Counted from the stretch's first letter, positions 50,797-60,880 are shown. The stretch: 64,000 nt of DNA from Gemmatimonadaceae bacterium (GCA_045803545.1 JBJMOW010000005.1:832001-896000); one strand, 5' to 3'. Numbers and translations: made by a program. Notes: generated from the sequence alone by a model not told the origin.

Positions 50797-52466
50797 TACA
50801 TCTGCCGATACTTCGGCCCCGACCCGCCTTCGCGCGGAGTCCAGCGGGGACCGAGCACGTCGGTGGCCTTGCAATCGATACAGTTAGCCGGGTTTACGAC
50901 CAAGCGATCGCCGTCGCGTTCGTACACACCGGCGGGACACATGTGCGCGTAAAGCGCGGCGACTTCGGGAGTGATGTCCGGACCGACGATCAAGTGCGAG
51001 GGAATGTCGTCGCGCGTGGCGTTGCCCGATTTGAACACCGCGTCGAGCTTGCTGAAGGTGAGCTTGCCGTCAGGCGTGAACGGTGGCGGCGGAGTTGCTT
51101 CGCGCACTACTTCGGCGTCGGCGTGCGACTTGATCCTGCCGCCGAACAACGCACCATTGCTCAAGTTCATCAAACCGACTTTGAGACCGCTCAGGTAATA
51201 GTTGCTCTCCTGAAAAGCGACTCTCATGTTGCGACGATGGTATAAGTCGCTCGCGATGAAGCTACCGTCCACCATCGCATCGTATTCCTTTAGCGTCGCA
51301 GCGGACGTGTCTTTTTTCTTGAGCGCATCGAACGCAGTGCGGGCCGCAAACATGCCGGACTGCATCGCGTAGTGAATTCCCTTGAGTGACGCTACTTCTA
51401 CGAATCCGGCGGCATCGCCGACGAGCATCACTCCATCACCGTGGCGGCGTTTGGGTAGAGCGTAGAAACCGCCTTCGGGAATGGTCTTCGCGCCCCACTC
51501 GACCATCTCGCCGCTCTCGAGGATCTCTCGGAACAACGGGTGCAGCTTGATCCGCTGCAGCATCTCGTGGATGTCGTCAGTCGTGCGCTTGTAGTCGAGG
51601 CCGACGACCATGCCGAGCGCGATCTGATTTCGGGTCAGCGGATACATGAAGCTGCCACCGAAACAGTCCTTGGGGACAGGCCAGCCGAGCGTATGCACCA
51701 CTGCGTCGAGCGGCTTCAGCGTCTCCCAAATCTCCTTCACGCCGAGCGCGAAGATCTGCGGATTATCCGAAGATATTTTTTGCCATTCGAGGTACGCTTG
51801 CGACAGCGTCCCCCGGGTGCCTTCAGACAGGACCGTGATCTGTGCCGTAATATCGGTCGGTGGGGTATATCCGCTTCCCTGCTCCCCGCTTCTGCTGAGG
51901 CCGGACGGTGTAGTGCGCACTCCGGTGACACGCGTTCCTTCGGTGAGCAGTGACGCGGCGGGAAAACCAGTGAAGATGTTGACGCCCAGTGCTTCTGCTT
52001 TTTCACCGAGCCAGCGCACCATCTCGCAAATCGACGCGATGTAGTAGCCGTGATTCTTCATCGTCGGCGGCGTCGGCATCCTGAACGCGCGGTTCTCGGT
52101 CAGGAAATGGACGCGCTCGTGCGTCACAGGCCCGCGAAACGGGAAATCCTTGTCTTTGAGCTCCGGGAACAGGGTGCGCATTGCAACCGGATTCACTACC
52201 GCCCCCGAGAGCGAATGCTCACCCAGCGCACCTGCTTTCTCGAGCACCCCGATCTGCACTTCTCCAAGATCGCCGCCCGCTTCCTGATCCGCCTTGATCA
52301 ACTGGGCCAGAGCGATCGCGCCGGCGAGACCTGCAGGACCGCCCCCGACGAAGAGCACATCCATCGCGACTGCTTCCGCGTCCGGTTTGTCGGTGAGAAT
52401 CAGCCGATCGAGCGGAAGCGGAGCCTGATGGATGCTTGGTAGGACTCTCCCGGCGCGATCAGGCAT
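50796..52466 (-). CDS. Electron transfer flavoprotein:quinone oxidoreductase
   Basis: VGGGPAGL, SLSGAV, GVKEIW, GAKTIPEGG, KGIHYAM, CPAGVYE. Confidence 0.92.
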   Translation of the reverse strand: MPDRAGRVLPSIHQAPLPLDRLILTDKPDAEAVAMDVLFVGGGPAGLAGAIALAQLIKADQEAGGDLGEVQIGVLEKAGALGEHSLSGAVVNPVAMRTLFPELKDKDFPFRGPVTHERVHFLTENRAFRMPTPPTMKNHGYYIASICEMVRWLGEKAEALGVNIFTGFPAASLLTEGTRVTGVRTTPSGLSRSGEQGSGYTPPTDITAQITVLSEGTRGTLSQAYLEWQKISSDNPQIFALGVKEIWETLKPLDAVVHTLGWPVPKDCFGGSFMYPLTRNQIALGMVVGLDYKRTTDDIHEMLQRIKLHPLFREILESGEMVEWGAKTIPEGGFYALPKRRHGDGVMLVGDAAGFVEVASLKGIHYAMQSGMFAARTAFDALKKKDTSAATLKEYDAMVDGSFIASDLYHRRNMRVAFQESNYYLSGLKVGLMNLSNGALFGGRIKSHADAEVVREATPPPPFTPDGKLTFSKLDAVFKSGNATRDDIPSHLIVGPDITPEVAALYAHMCPAGVYERDGDRLVVNPANCIDCKATDVLGPRWTPREGGSGPKYRQM

Positions 52467-53455
52467 CAGTGATGCTTCTTCGCCTCGCGCACCGCGTCGG
52501 TAAGTGCGGGCACAACTTCAAAGACGTCGCCCACGATTCCGTAATCGGCAACCTTGAAGATTGGCGCGTCCTTGTCCTTGTTGATGGCGACGATGGTTTT
52601 CGAGGTGCGCATTCCCGCCAGATGCTGCACGGCACCGGAGATTCCTACCGCGACGTAGAGCTCGGGGCTGACGAGTCGTCCGGTCTGGCCAATCTGGTCG
52701 CTGTGAGGCCGCCAGCCGTCGTCGGTGACTGCGCGCGTGGCTCCAACCGCGGCGTTACCAAAGGCAGATGCGAGATCTTCAATGAGCTTGAAATTTTCCG
52801 CCGCCTTCAATCCGCGACCGCCCGCGACGACGACCGGGGCCTCGGCAAGATCGAGCCTGTCTCTGCTTCCCTGTTTCGTCTCCAGAACTTTGACCCGAGT
52901 CGATCCGGGATCTGTCGCGGGCTGAGCGGTCTCGACCCGTCCAGCCTTTGGGTTCTGGGCCGGCGCGATCACATTCGGCCGCATCGCGATAATCGCCGGC
53001 GTGCCGGACATCGAGATCGTCGCGATGACCTTGCCGATGTTCATTGGATGCCGCACGACCAGATTCTGACCCTGAACGTCGAATGAGAGAACATCGGTCA
53101 CCACACTGACGCCGAGCCGCGCGGCCACGCGCGGCGCCAAATCGCGACCTTGAGCCGAGGTGCTGAACACTGCGGCGCGATATCCGCCCGCCTTGATGCG
53201 CTCGGCCGCGGTGGCCGTCGCAGCTTCGGGGTTGTAGTTGGCAAGGGCAGGATTCTCTACGATGATCACGACATCCGCGCCGTGTTGTCCAAGCTGCTGC
53301 GCTTTCGCGGCGATTCCGGCGGGCCCCAGCACGAGAGCGTGGACTTCCCCGCCTCCGGTTTTGTCGGCGAGCGTTCGCGCCGCGGTTACCGCTTCGAGTC
53401 CAACTTTCCGCACTTCGCTGCCGCGGGTTTCGACAAAAGCAAACACGTTTGCCAT
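52466..53455 (-). CDS. etfA: Electron transfer flavoprotein alpha subunit
   Basis: [28 protein letters not shown]. Confidence 0.96.
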   Translation of the reverse strand: MANVFAFVETRGSEVRKVGLEAVTAARTLADKTGGGEVHALVLGPAGIAAKAQQLGQHGADVVIIVENPALANYNPEAATATAAERIKAGGYRAAVFSTSAQGRDLAPRVAARLGVSVVTDVLSFDVQGQNLVVRHPMNIGKVIATISMSGTPAIIAMRPNVIAPAQNPKAGRVETAQPATDPGSTRVKVLETKQGSRDRLDLAEAPVVVAGGRGLKAAENFKLIEDLASAFGNAAVGATRAVTDDGWRPHSDQIGQTGRLVSPELYVAVGISGAVQHLAGMRTSKTIVAINKDKDAPIFKVADYGIVGDVFEVVPALTDAVREAKKHH

Positions 53456-54222
53456 TACAGAACCTTGGCTTCGGTTTGCAGCAGTTTCACGAGCTCCGGA
53501 ACGGCGGCAGCGCCTTCACCGATGATGCGTCCCGCCTGTCGTTCGGGTGGCAGCTCGAGGCGCGTCACGGTGAGCTGCGGCTGTGGCAGTTGCGCCGCTC
53601 TCGATTCGAGCGGCTTTTTCTTGGCGGCCATGATTCCCTTGAGGGACGGCAGTCGCGCGGTGTTGAGGCCTTCATCAACTGTGAGCACGGCGGGGAGTGG
53701 AAATTCCACGATCTCCTGCGCTCCTTCGAGCTCACGTTTGGCGGTTCCCTTCCCGCTGGCGATCTCCAGAGACGAGATCGCACTCACACATGGCAGCTCG
53801 AGCATCTCGGCGACCATCTGGCCGACGACGCCGTTGGACGAGTCGGGAGACATCTTTCCGAAAAGAATGAGATCATAGCCGCCCGATCTGAGCTCGGCGG
53901 CGAGCGCGCTGGCGACAGCGAACCCGTCGAATGGCACCTTGTCGGCCTTGAGATGAACTCCGCGGTCGGCGCCCATGCTGAGCCCTTTGCGAATGGTCTC
54001 CTGGACGACGTCGGGACCGAGCGAGATAACGGTCACCTCGCTGCCGGCGTTCTTGTCCTTGAGCTGCAGCGCCGCTTCGACTGCCCAGGCGTCGAAATCG
54101 TTGAGATCGAACTTCAGCCCAGCTTCATCGACCGAGACGTTGTCCGCACCGATCCTGAAGCGGACGTCCATATCGGGCACCCGCTTGACGCACACGGCAA
54201 GCTTCACCGCGGGAATCTCCAT
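53455..54222 (-). CDS. etfB: Electron transfer flavoprotein beta subunit
   Basis: CVKRVPD, AVEAAL, MGAD, RELEG; start may be GTG at 54207. Confidence 0.95.
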   Translation of the reverse strand: MEIPAVKLAVCVKRVPDMDVRFRIGADNVSVDEAGLKFDLNDFDAWAVEAALQLKDKNAGSEVTVISLGPDVVQETIRKGLSMGADRGVHLKADKVPFDGFAVASALAAELRSGGYDLILFGKMSPDSSNGVVGQMVAEMLELPCVSAISSLEIASGKGTAKRELEGAQEIVEFPLPAVLTVDEGLNTARLPSLKGIMAAKKKPLESRAAQLPQPQLTVTRLELPPERQAGRIIGEGAAAVPELVKLLQTEAKVL

Positions 54223-54264
54223 GTGAGTGATCGGGGAAATATATCTAGGCGAGACTGGCGTCCG

Positions 54265-54333
54265 GCGGGAGGCGGGAAGCGGGAGGCGGGAGGCGGGGGT
54301 GGGAAGTGGGAAGCGGGAAGCGGGAAGCGGGAT
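54265..54333. repeat. About 10-unit GYGGGAR heptamer tandem array
   Basis: GCGGGAG GCGGGAA GCGGGAG GCGGGAG GCGGGG GTGGGAA GTGGGAA GCGGGAA GCGGGAA GCGGGAT. Confidence 0.9.
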
Positions 54334-54383
54334 GGATGCGGGATCGACAGCTGCCGATCTGACCGCACCAAATTCTCGCCGAC

Positions 54384-54411
54384 AAAAAAAGGCCCGGCGC
54401 TTGTCCGGGCC
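54384..54411 (-). terminator. Rho-independent terminator after MEDS gene
   Basis: GGCCCGG / CCGGGCC stem followed by T7 on minus strand. Confidence 0.8.
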
Positions 54412-54451
54412 CCTTCGCTCCGCTCGACTGCAGTCGGAGGAGAAGGTAGAG

Positions 54452-55165
54452 CTATAGCGTCAGAGAGTCGTCAGTGGTGCGAATCGTACCGCGGAACGCC
54501 GTGTCGCCGTGGTGACTGAGTCTGATGTGACGCTCCTTGGCGCGAGTCTCCATGTCGTCCAATGAGGCCAGATACTCCTCCATTTTGACGAAATACGGGT
54601 TTTCGCGAAGCACGTTGCGCGAGATCGTGAGCGGATGCGTCTCGTAGGCACCGTGAACCATCACGCTCCCCGACAAGGATGCGACGTCGTACATGCAGAC
54701 CACGACACAGGGAAACTGCTTCGCGGCCGATGTTACTTTCGCTTCGAACGACAGGATGTCGATATCGGCCGGCCATCCCGAGCGCGCCCATCCGATGTTG
54801 CCGAGCAGACGGATGCAATTGCAGCCCGTATCAACCGCGCGCTGAAAGGTGCCGCCGATATTGGCGAGCAATTCACTGCCGTCCGGATTGCCGGAGACGA
54901 CGGAGAGCCGGCCAGCTTTCCGTACCTTCTCGACATCGACCTTTTTTCGACGCAGCACGTCGAGCACGCGCGAGTTGGCATCATCGTGCCCGAACACGAC
55001 CAGGTGGTCGCGCTTCTTGAGTCCGGCGAGAAGAAACTCTACGGCTTCGTCGAACTCCGAATCCCTCTCCCAGAAGTACGCGATGTGATCGCCGAGATGT
55101 ACTCGTTCACCACGCAGACCGAGCTCGACGGAAGCTTCAGTGGAGCGAGTGCGACGCCTGGTCAT
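54452..55165 (-). CDS. Stand-alone MEDS domain protein
   Basis: GDHIAYFW, IRLLGNIGW, FEAKV, VVCMYD, THP, ENPYF. Confidence 0.82.
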   Translation of the reverse strand: MTRRRTRSTEASVELGLRGERVHLGDHIAYFWERDSEFDEAVEFLLAGLKKRDHLVVFGHDDANSRVLDVLRRKKVDVEKVRKAGRLSVVSGNPDGSELLANIGGTFQRAVDTGCNCIRLLGNIGWARSGWPADIDILSFEAKVTSAAKQFPCVVVCMYDVASLSGSVMVHGAYETHPLTISRNVLRENPYFVKMEEYLASLDDMETRAKERHIRLSHHGDTAFRGTIRTTDDSLTL

Positions 55166-56334
55166 TCGAACGCACTGAGGCCGGTGACTGCCTGGCCGAG
55201 GATCAGCGTGTGAACGTCATGCGTGCCCTCGTAGGTGTATACGCTTTCGAGGTTTGCCATGTGTCGCATTGAGGAGTATTCGGCAAGGATGCCGTTGGCG
55301 CCGAGCAGTCGGCGCGCTTCGCGAGCGATATCGGTCGCCACGCTGACATTGTTACGCTTGGCGAGCGAGACCTGTTGAGGAGTGAAGGTCCCGGCGTCCT
55401 TGAGACGGCCCAGGTGCAGCGCGAGCAGTTGTCCCTTCACCAACTCGGTCAGCATATCAGCCAGGCGCTGCTGCTGTAGCTGGAATCCGGCGATCGGCTT
55501 ACCGAACATCACCCGGTTTCCGGCGTAGGCGAGGGCTTCCTCGTAGCACGCCTGTGCCGCGCCCATCGCGCCCCACGCAATCCCGTATCGCGCCTGGGTG
55601 AGACACATCAGTGGGCTCTTGATGCCGCCCGATTTCGGTAGCAGACAGTCTGCTCCGACTTTCACATCCTGGAGGACGAGCTCGCTGGTGTCAGATGCGC
55701 GCAGCGAAAGTTTTCCCTTCTGGTCCCTGGCAGTGAAGCCGGCAGTGTCGGTTGGAACGATGAAGCCGCGGATCGACTTGTCGGATTTGTCATCGCCGGT
55801 CTTGGCCCAGACGATGGCGACGTCGGCAGTCGATCCGTTGGTGATCCACATCTTGGCACCGCTGATCACCCAGCTGCCGTCCTTTTGCTCGCGAGCGCGG
55901 GTGATCATGCCCGATGGGTTCGATCCGTAATCGGGCTCCGTCAAACCAAAGCATCCGATTAATTCCCCTTGTGCCATTTTGGGGAGATAATGGCGCTTCT
56001 GTTCCTCGCTTCCGAACGCGTAGATCGGATACATCACCAGAGCGCCCTGCACCGAAGCAAAGGAGCGCACGCCGGAATCACCGCGCTCGAGCTCGTGCAT
56101 GATCAACCCGTACGCGACGTTGTTCAGTCCTGCGCAGCCGTATTCCTCCGGCAGATTGGCGCCAAACATCCCCAGCTCCGCCATCTCCGGGATCAGCTCT
56201 TTCGGAAATCTTCCGTCTATATAGCAATCGCCGATGACGGGCAGGACCTTCTCATCGACGAACGATCGTATGGTATCGCGGACCGCGCGCTCCTCTTCGG
56301 AGAGGACGCTATCCAGATTGTAGAAATCAGACAT
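55162..56334 (-). CDS. Acyl-CoA dehydrogenase (glutaryl-CoA dehydrogenase-like)
   Basis: ELERGDSG, GCFGLTEPDYGS, GAKMWITN, TYEGTHDVH. Confidence 0.92.
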   Translation of the reverse strand: MSDFYNLDSVLSEEERAVRDTIRSFVDEKVLPVIGDCYIDGRFPKELIPEMAELGMFGANLPEEYGCAGLNNVAYGLIMHELERGDSGVRSFASVQGALVMYPIYAFGSEEQKRHYLPKMAQGELIGCFGLTEPDYGSNPSGMITRAREQKDGSWVISGAKMWITNGSTADVAIVWAKTGDDKSDKSIRGFIVPTDTAGFTARDQKGKLSLRASDTSELVLQDVKVGADCLLPKSGGIKSPLMCLTQARYGIAWGAMGAAQACYEEALAYAGNRVMFGKPIAGFQLQQQRLADMLTELVKGQLLALHLGRLKDAGTFTPQQVSLAKRNNVSVATDIAREARRLLGANGILAEYSSMRHMANLESVYTYEGTHDVHTLILGQAVTGLSAFE

Positions 56335-56369
56335 GCGGGAAAGTTAGCGAAAGATTGCGGCTTTACCTA

Positions 56370-56492
56370 AGGACAACTGCAACAGAACGGGATGCGGGTT
56401 CCCAGTTTATGGTTCCGGGTTTTCGGAGCGTTTAACCGACAACCGGAAACCAGTAACCGGCGACTCGCATCCCGTTCTGTTGCAGTTGTCCT
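56370..56492. repeat. MITE-like palindrome with perfect 27-bp terminal inverted repeats
   Basis: AGGACAACTGCAACAGAACGGGATGCG (56370-56396) / CGCATCCCGTTCTGTTGCAGTTGTCCT (56466-56492). Confidence 0.85.
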
Positions 56493-56496
56493 CAGT

Positions 56497-57183
56497 CTAG
56501 GCCACCGCCCGACAAGCGAGTGGAGTAATCCCCACCGCGCGTGCTTTGGCTCGAAATGATGCCCCGTGATCGACGCCGAGTCCCTGCTCGTCCTGCCACT
56601 GGTGCACCATCTCGTGCAGCAGGGTGTGCAGCGCTTCGTCCCAGCCGTCGCGGCGGATGTGACGGCGACTGAGGACGATCTCGGGCTCGCAACCTTCCGC
56701 GGCCGGGCTGTAGTGGCCGAGTCGGCTGCGCATGCGCCGCGAAATACGAATTGGAATCGTGCGCAGCTGGCCCGAGAATCGGTCGCCGTTGTAGGCCTGG
56801 TGCCACCGTACCAGCTCGCGAACGAGTGGCACATCGGCAGGATGCGTTTTCTCCGGCGCCCGTCTACGACGCGGGACTTCGGGTCGCGCGACCGGAAACT
56901 CGAGAATGGTCCGGCGAGCGGCGTTGCGCGCCACGCGAGTGCGGCCGTGGACGAAGGTGATGATGGCGCTCCACACATCCTCCTCCGCCTGAAGGAAGCT
57001 GTTGTGGATGCGCAGCTCGCCACCGCTGTAGCTCACGACTACAGTGCGATTGGATGTCAGACGCACCCGATACTGCGACCCGAGCCCGAGACGCTGGAGC
57101 CGCGCGCGCAATTCTTCCGCATTTGAGGGTTGTTCTTCCGCCAGCTCCAGCATCAGCTGGTCGCGATCACTCAGGCGCAACAT
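56497..57183 (-). CDS. SprT-like zinc metalloprotease
   Basis: SRRMRSRLG, LLHEMVHQW, HGASF. Confidence 0.88.
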   Translation of the reverse strand: MLRLSDRDQLMLELAEEQPSNAEELRARLQRLGLGSQYRVRLTSNRTVVVSYSGGELRIHNSFLQAEEDVWSAIITFVHGRTRVARNAARRTILEFPVARPEVPRRRRAPEKTHPADVPLVRELVRWHQAYNGDRFSGQLRTIPIRISRRMRSRLGHYSPAAEGCEPEIVLSRRHIRRDGWDEALHTLLHEMVHQWQDEQGLGVDHGASFRAKARAVGITPLACRAVA

Positions 57184-58009
57184 ACTCCGAGCGTTGAAAG
57201 CACTGGTGCGGACCTTCCACGAAGGTGCGCTGTTCTTTCGACCACACGTGGGTCGTGACGTCGATGGTCGTCGTACCGATCTCGATGACGTTGACTGAAG
57301 AAGGCCTGCCTCCGCGCGAGCGGTTGGAGATGGTGCCCGCCGTCGAGATCACTGTCCCCTTCCTCGTGTGCTCGATGTAGTGCACCGACTCCTGATGGTC
57401 GTGTCCACAACAGACTACATCGACACCCATCTCAGCGAAAGCCCCGAGAATCTTCTGCGTGTTCTTGAGTCCGTGCCTCTGCGAGAGCTCGCCACGCACA
57501 GGGTTGTGGTGCATCACGATCACCCGCGCATCACGCGGAGCTGCTTTCTGAAAGATCTCCTTCGCCTCGTCCAGTTGCTTCTTGTGGATGTCTCCGATGA
57601 TCGAGATGTCCCGCAGATTCCAGGTGAGCGTGCGCAGCGTTACACCATGAGCGGTATTGAGACCGACGAAAGTCGCGCCCGGCGCGTGCAGCACCGGCTC
57701 CAGATCCTTGTCGATGAAACTGCGGTAGTTCGCGTAGACTTTCGGCTTGGTACCGAAGCCCAATGGAGCACGCCACCATTTTACATCGTGATTGCCCGGA
57801 ACGGTGATGACGCGACTGACCCTCTTGGCATCGCGGATGAACGCTGCAGCCCGCTGGAATTCGCCGGCGCGTGCGCGCTGCGTGAGATCGCCGGAAATAA
57901 CCACCACATCAAACTTCGCGGCCGCAATGATCTGTTCGATCGCCTCGATCTGCTCGGGGACCGCCGGCCAGCCGAAGTGAAGATCAGAGACGTGGAAAAT
58001 GCTGGTCAT
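57167..58009 (-). CDS. Calcineurin-like metallophosphoesterase
   Basis: SDLHFG, SGDLT, PGNHD, HH, GHDH. Confidence 0.92.
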   Translation of the reverse strand: MTSIFHVSDLHFGWPAVPEQIEAIEQIIAAAKFDVVVISGDLTQRARAGEFQRAAAFIRDAKRVSRVITVPGNHDVKWWRAPLGFGTKPKVYANYRSFIDKDLEPVLHAPGATFVGLNTAHGVTLRTLTWNLRDISIIGDIHKKQLDEAKEIFQKAAPRDARVIVMHHNPVRGELSQRHGLKNTQKILGAFAEMGVDVVCCGHDHQESVHYIEHTRKGTVISTAGTISNRSRGGRPSSVNVIEIGTTTIDVTTHVWSKEQRTFVEGPHQCFQRSEYVAPE

Positions 58010-58010
58010 G

Positions 58011-58043
58011 GCGGAGGCGAGAGGCGGGAGGCGGGAGGCGCAG
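58011..58043. repeat. Short GCGGGAG heptamer array abutting the metallophosphoesterase start
   Basis: GCGGAG GCGAGAG GCGGGAG GCGGGAG GCGCAG. Confidence 0.7.
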
Positions 58044-58081
58044 GCCGGTTCGAGGCGAGGACTGCGGCAACACTCGCATGC

Positions 58082-58714
58082 TCAGGGCGCGACGACGAGA
58101 TCCGCGAAATGCCTCGCCACACTGGCGGCAAGCTCTGGTGAGAACGTTGTCATCGGGTCGCTCGGAATCTCCCAAATTCCCTTGAGTTGGGCCATGCGCG
58201 AATCGATCAGCACGACGCGCAAAGTCGCAACGCCTGTACCACCCTGACTCGACAGCCTGAGCTCCACCGGAAGAAGCGCGTAGCGAGAGCCCTTGAGACC
58301 AACCAGTCCCCGCACCTGCGATGCCAAAGGATCACGGACCGCGGGATCCTGTGGTGGTCGGCCGCGCAGCCACTCCGCCGACAAGGAGCGCGCGTCCGTC
58401 ATCAGGATGCTGTTCACTTTGGACGCACGCTCCACTTCACGACCGAACGTCCACGCCGAGCCCAGACCGCGGGCGCTCAGCTCTCGCTCGATCTTCGCAT
58501 CGAGGTCATCGAGAAAAACGGCGCGGTTGGGAATGTTCTTCATCCAACCCAGACTGTCGGTGGTCGACAGATACTGGACGGGCAGCACGAGCATCTCCTG
58601 GCCGGCAAGCCGCTCGAGCGGACGCAACTGGGCCGCCGGGGGAGTTGTTTCGGGAGGCTTCGAGGCGCAGGCAAGCGAAAAAGCGGCTGCTGCGGGAATT
58701 AAGTAGTGTCGCAC
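58082..58714 (-). CDS. Hypothetical lipoprotein
   Basis: Lipobox SLAC; 210 aa ORF. Confidence 0.65.
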   Translation of the reverse strand: MRHYLIPAAAAFSLACASKPPETTPPAAQLRPLERLAGQEMLVLPVQYLSTTDSLGWMKNIPNRAVFLDDLDAKIERELSARGLGSAWTFGREVERASKVNSILMTDARSLSAEWLRGRPPQDPAVRDPLASQVRGLVGLKGSRYALLPVELRLSSQGGTGVATLRVVLIDSRMAQLKGIWEIPSDPMTTFSPELAASVARHFADLVVAP

Positions 58715-58782
58715 CGGTAGTGTGTGGATTGCGGCGAAAGTTAACGCATACTCAATTTCAATCCTACGCTGTCAATCGAGTG

Positions 58783-60846
58783 ATGCGACAACTCCGCAGC
58801 ATCGTCATCTGGACTCTGGTTTCGATACTTGGCGCGGCCAGCTTCGCCACGCTGGCGCTGTCGCGCGGCGAGAGCGTAAACGCTGCCTGGCTACTCATCG
58901 CGGCCGTATGCACCTACGCCGTCGCGTACCGGTTCTACAGCCGCTTCATCGCCAGCAAAGTGTTCGCGCTCGATCCGGCTCGGCCGACGCCTTCGGTGCG
59001 TCTCAACGACGGACGGGATTTCACACCTACGAACAAGTGGGTGGTGTTCGGCCATCACTTCGCCGCGATCGCGGGGCCAGGTCCGCTCGTCGGTCCGACG
59101 CTGGCCGCGCAATTCGGTTTTCTTCCCGGCGCACTCTGGATAATCGTCGGCGTCGCGCTCGGCGGCGCGGTACAGGACATGGTGATTCTGTGCGCGTCGG
59201 TCCGTCGTGATGGCAAGACCCTCGGCCAGATGGCGAAAGAGGAAATCGGAACCGTCGCCGGCTACACCGCTCTGGTCGCAGTGCTCGGCATCATGATCAT
59301 TCTGATCGCAGTGCTGGCGCTCGTCGTCGTCAACGCTCTCAAGGGAAGTCCCTGGGGCGTCGTCACGATCGGGCTCACGATTCCGACGGCGCTGATCATG
59401 GGCATTTACATGAGGTGGCTCAGACCGAACCGGGTGCTCGAGGCCACTGCCATGGGACTGGTGCTGTTGCTGCTCTCGTTGCTGGCCGGCAGATGGGTTG
59501 CGCAAAACCCGGCGCTCGCGCCGACGTTCACTCTGACCGCAAGAACGCTCGCTATCCTGGTCATGGCGTACAGCTTCTTCGCGTCGGTGTTGCCGGTGTG
59601 GCTGCTGCTCGCGCCCCGCGATTATCTGTCAGCGTTTGTGAAGATCGGGGTCGTGGTCGCGTTAGCACTCGGCATCGTGATCGTGCTGCCGCCGATGCAA
59701 ATGCCGGCGCTGACGCAATTCACTGATGGCACCGGTCCCGTCTTCGCCGGCAAGATATTCCCGTTTGCGTTCATCACCATCGCGTGCGGTGCGATCAGCG
59801 GCTTCCACGCTTTGATTTCATCGGGCACAACGCCGAAGTTGCTCGCGAACGAAGCAGATGCGCGTCTGGTTGGCTATGGCGGCATGCTCACCGAATCACT
59901 GGTAGCGGTGATGGCGCTCATTGCCGCCTGCGTATTGACGCCCGGCGTCTACTTCGCGATCAACGCTCCGGCGAGTGCAATCGGCACCACTGCAGCGAGC
60001 GCCGCCGCTGCGGTTCAGCACTGGGGATTCACGCTCGATCCCGCGCAGATGCAACAACTGGCCGATCAGGTTCAGGAAAAAACGTTGCTGTCGCGGACTG
60101 GCGGCGCGCCGAGTCTCGCGGTCGGGATGGCGCACCTGTTCTCGCGGGTGCTGGGCGGATCTACGGCGATGGCGCTGTGGTACCATTTCGCCATCATGTT
60201 CGAGGCGCTGTTCATCCTGACGACGGTGGACGCGGGTACGCGTGTCGGCCGCTTCATGCTGCAGGATTTGCTGAAGCACGTCTGGGCGCCGATCGGGCGG
60301 GTGTCGTGGTACCCCGCAGTGGTGGTGTCGAGCGCGCTCGTCGTCGCAATGTGGGGGCACTTCCTTTATCAGGGAGTGATGGATCCGCTCGGCGGGATCA
60401 ACTCACTGTGGCCCCTGTTTGGAATCTCGAATCAGCTGCTCGCTGCGGTCGCGCTATGCGTCGGTACAACTGTCATCATCAAAATGGGCAAGGCTCGCTA
60501 CGCCTGGGTGACGATTCTGCCACTGGTGTGGCTGGTAGTCGTAACGATGACGGCCGGGATCGAGAAGATTTTTTCGGCCGACCCGAAGCTTGGATTTCTT
60601 TCACACGCCGGCGTAGTGAGCGCACAAATCGCGAGTGGCGCGCTCCCGGCAGGGGTGCAGACGATCAGCGATGCGCACCGACTGATCGTCAACGACTACA
60701 TCGACGCGGCGGTCGCAGCGTTTTTCCTGGTTTCGGTCGTCGTAATTCTGGTCGCGTCGGCGCACGAGTGGTTTGTCTGTGTCACGGGCCGCAAGGTCCC
60801 GCGCACCACCGAGATTCCGTTCGAGCCCACCACTCGCGCCGCGTGA
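58783..60846 (+). CDS. cstA: Carbon starvation protein A (peptide/pyruvate transporter)
   Basis: FGHHFAAIAGPGPLVGP, LLAPRDYLS, IACGAISGFH, SRTGGAPSLAVG. Confidence 0.96.
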   Translation: MRQLRSIVIWTLVSILGAASFATLALSRGESVNAAWLLIAAVCTYAVAYRFYSRFIASKVFALDPARPTPSVRLNDGRDFTPTNKWVVFGHHFAAIAGPGPLVGPTLAAQFGFLPGALWIIVGVALGGAVQDMVILCASVRRDGKTLGQMAKEEIGTVAGYTALVAVLGIMIILIAVLALVVVNALKGSPWGVVTIGLTIPTALIMGIYMRWLRPNRVLEATAMGLVLLLLSLLAGRWVAQNPALAPTFTLTARTLAILVMAYSFFASVLPVWLLLAPRDYLSAFVKIGVVVALALGIVIVLPPMQMPALTQFTDGTGPVFAGKIFPFAFITIACGAISGFHALISSGTTPKLLANEADARLVGYGGMLTESLVAVMALIAACVLTPGVYFAINAPASAIGTTAASAAAAVQHWGFTLDPAQMQQLADQVQEKTLLSRTGGAPSLAVGMAHLFSRVLGGSTAMALWYHFAIMFEALFILTTVDAGTRVGRFMLQDLLKHVWAPIGRVSWYPAVVVSSALVVAMWGHFLYQGVMDPLGGINSLWPLFGISNQLLAAVALCVGTTVIIKMGKARYAWVTILPLVWLVVVTMTAGIEKIFSADPKLGFLSHAGVVSAQIASGALPAGVQTISDAHRLIVNDYIDAAVAAFFLVSVVVILVASAHEWFVCVTGRKVPRTTEIPFEPTTRAA

Positions 60847-60880
60847 TTGCTCTTCACTCTTCTCCATTAAAGATCCGTTA

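Noticed and set aside
46827..54333. Heptamer arrays as CRISPR repeats
   Set aside because: The units are 7-bp head-to-tail repeats without unique spacers, and there are no cas genes in the window.
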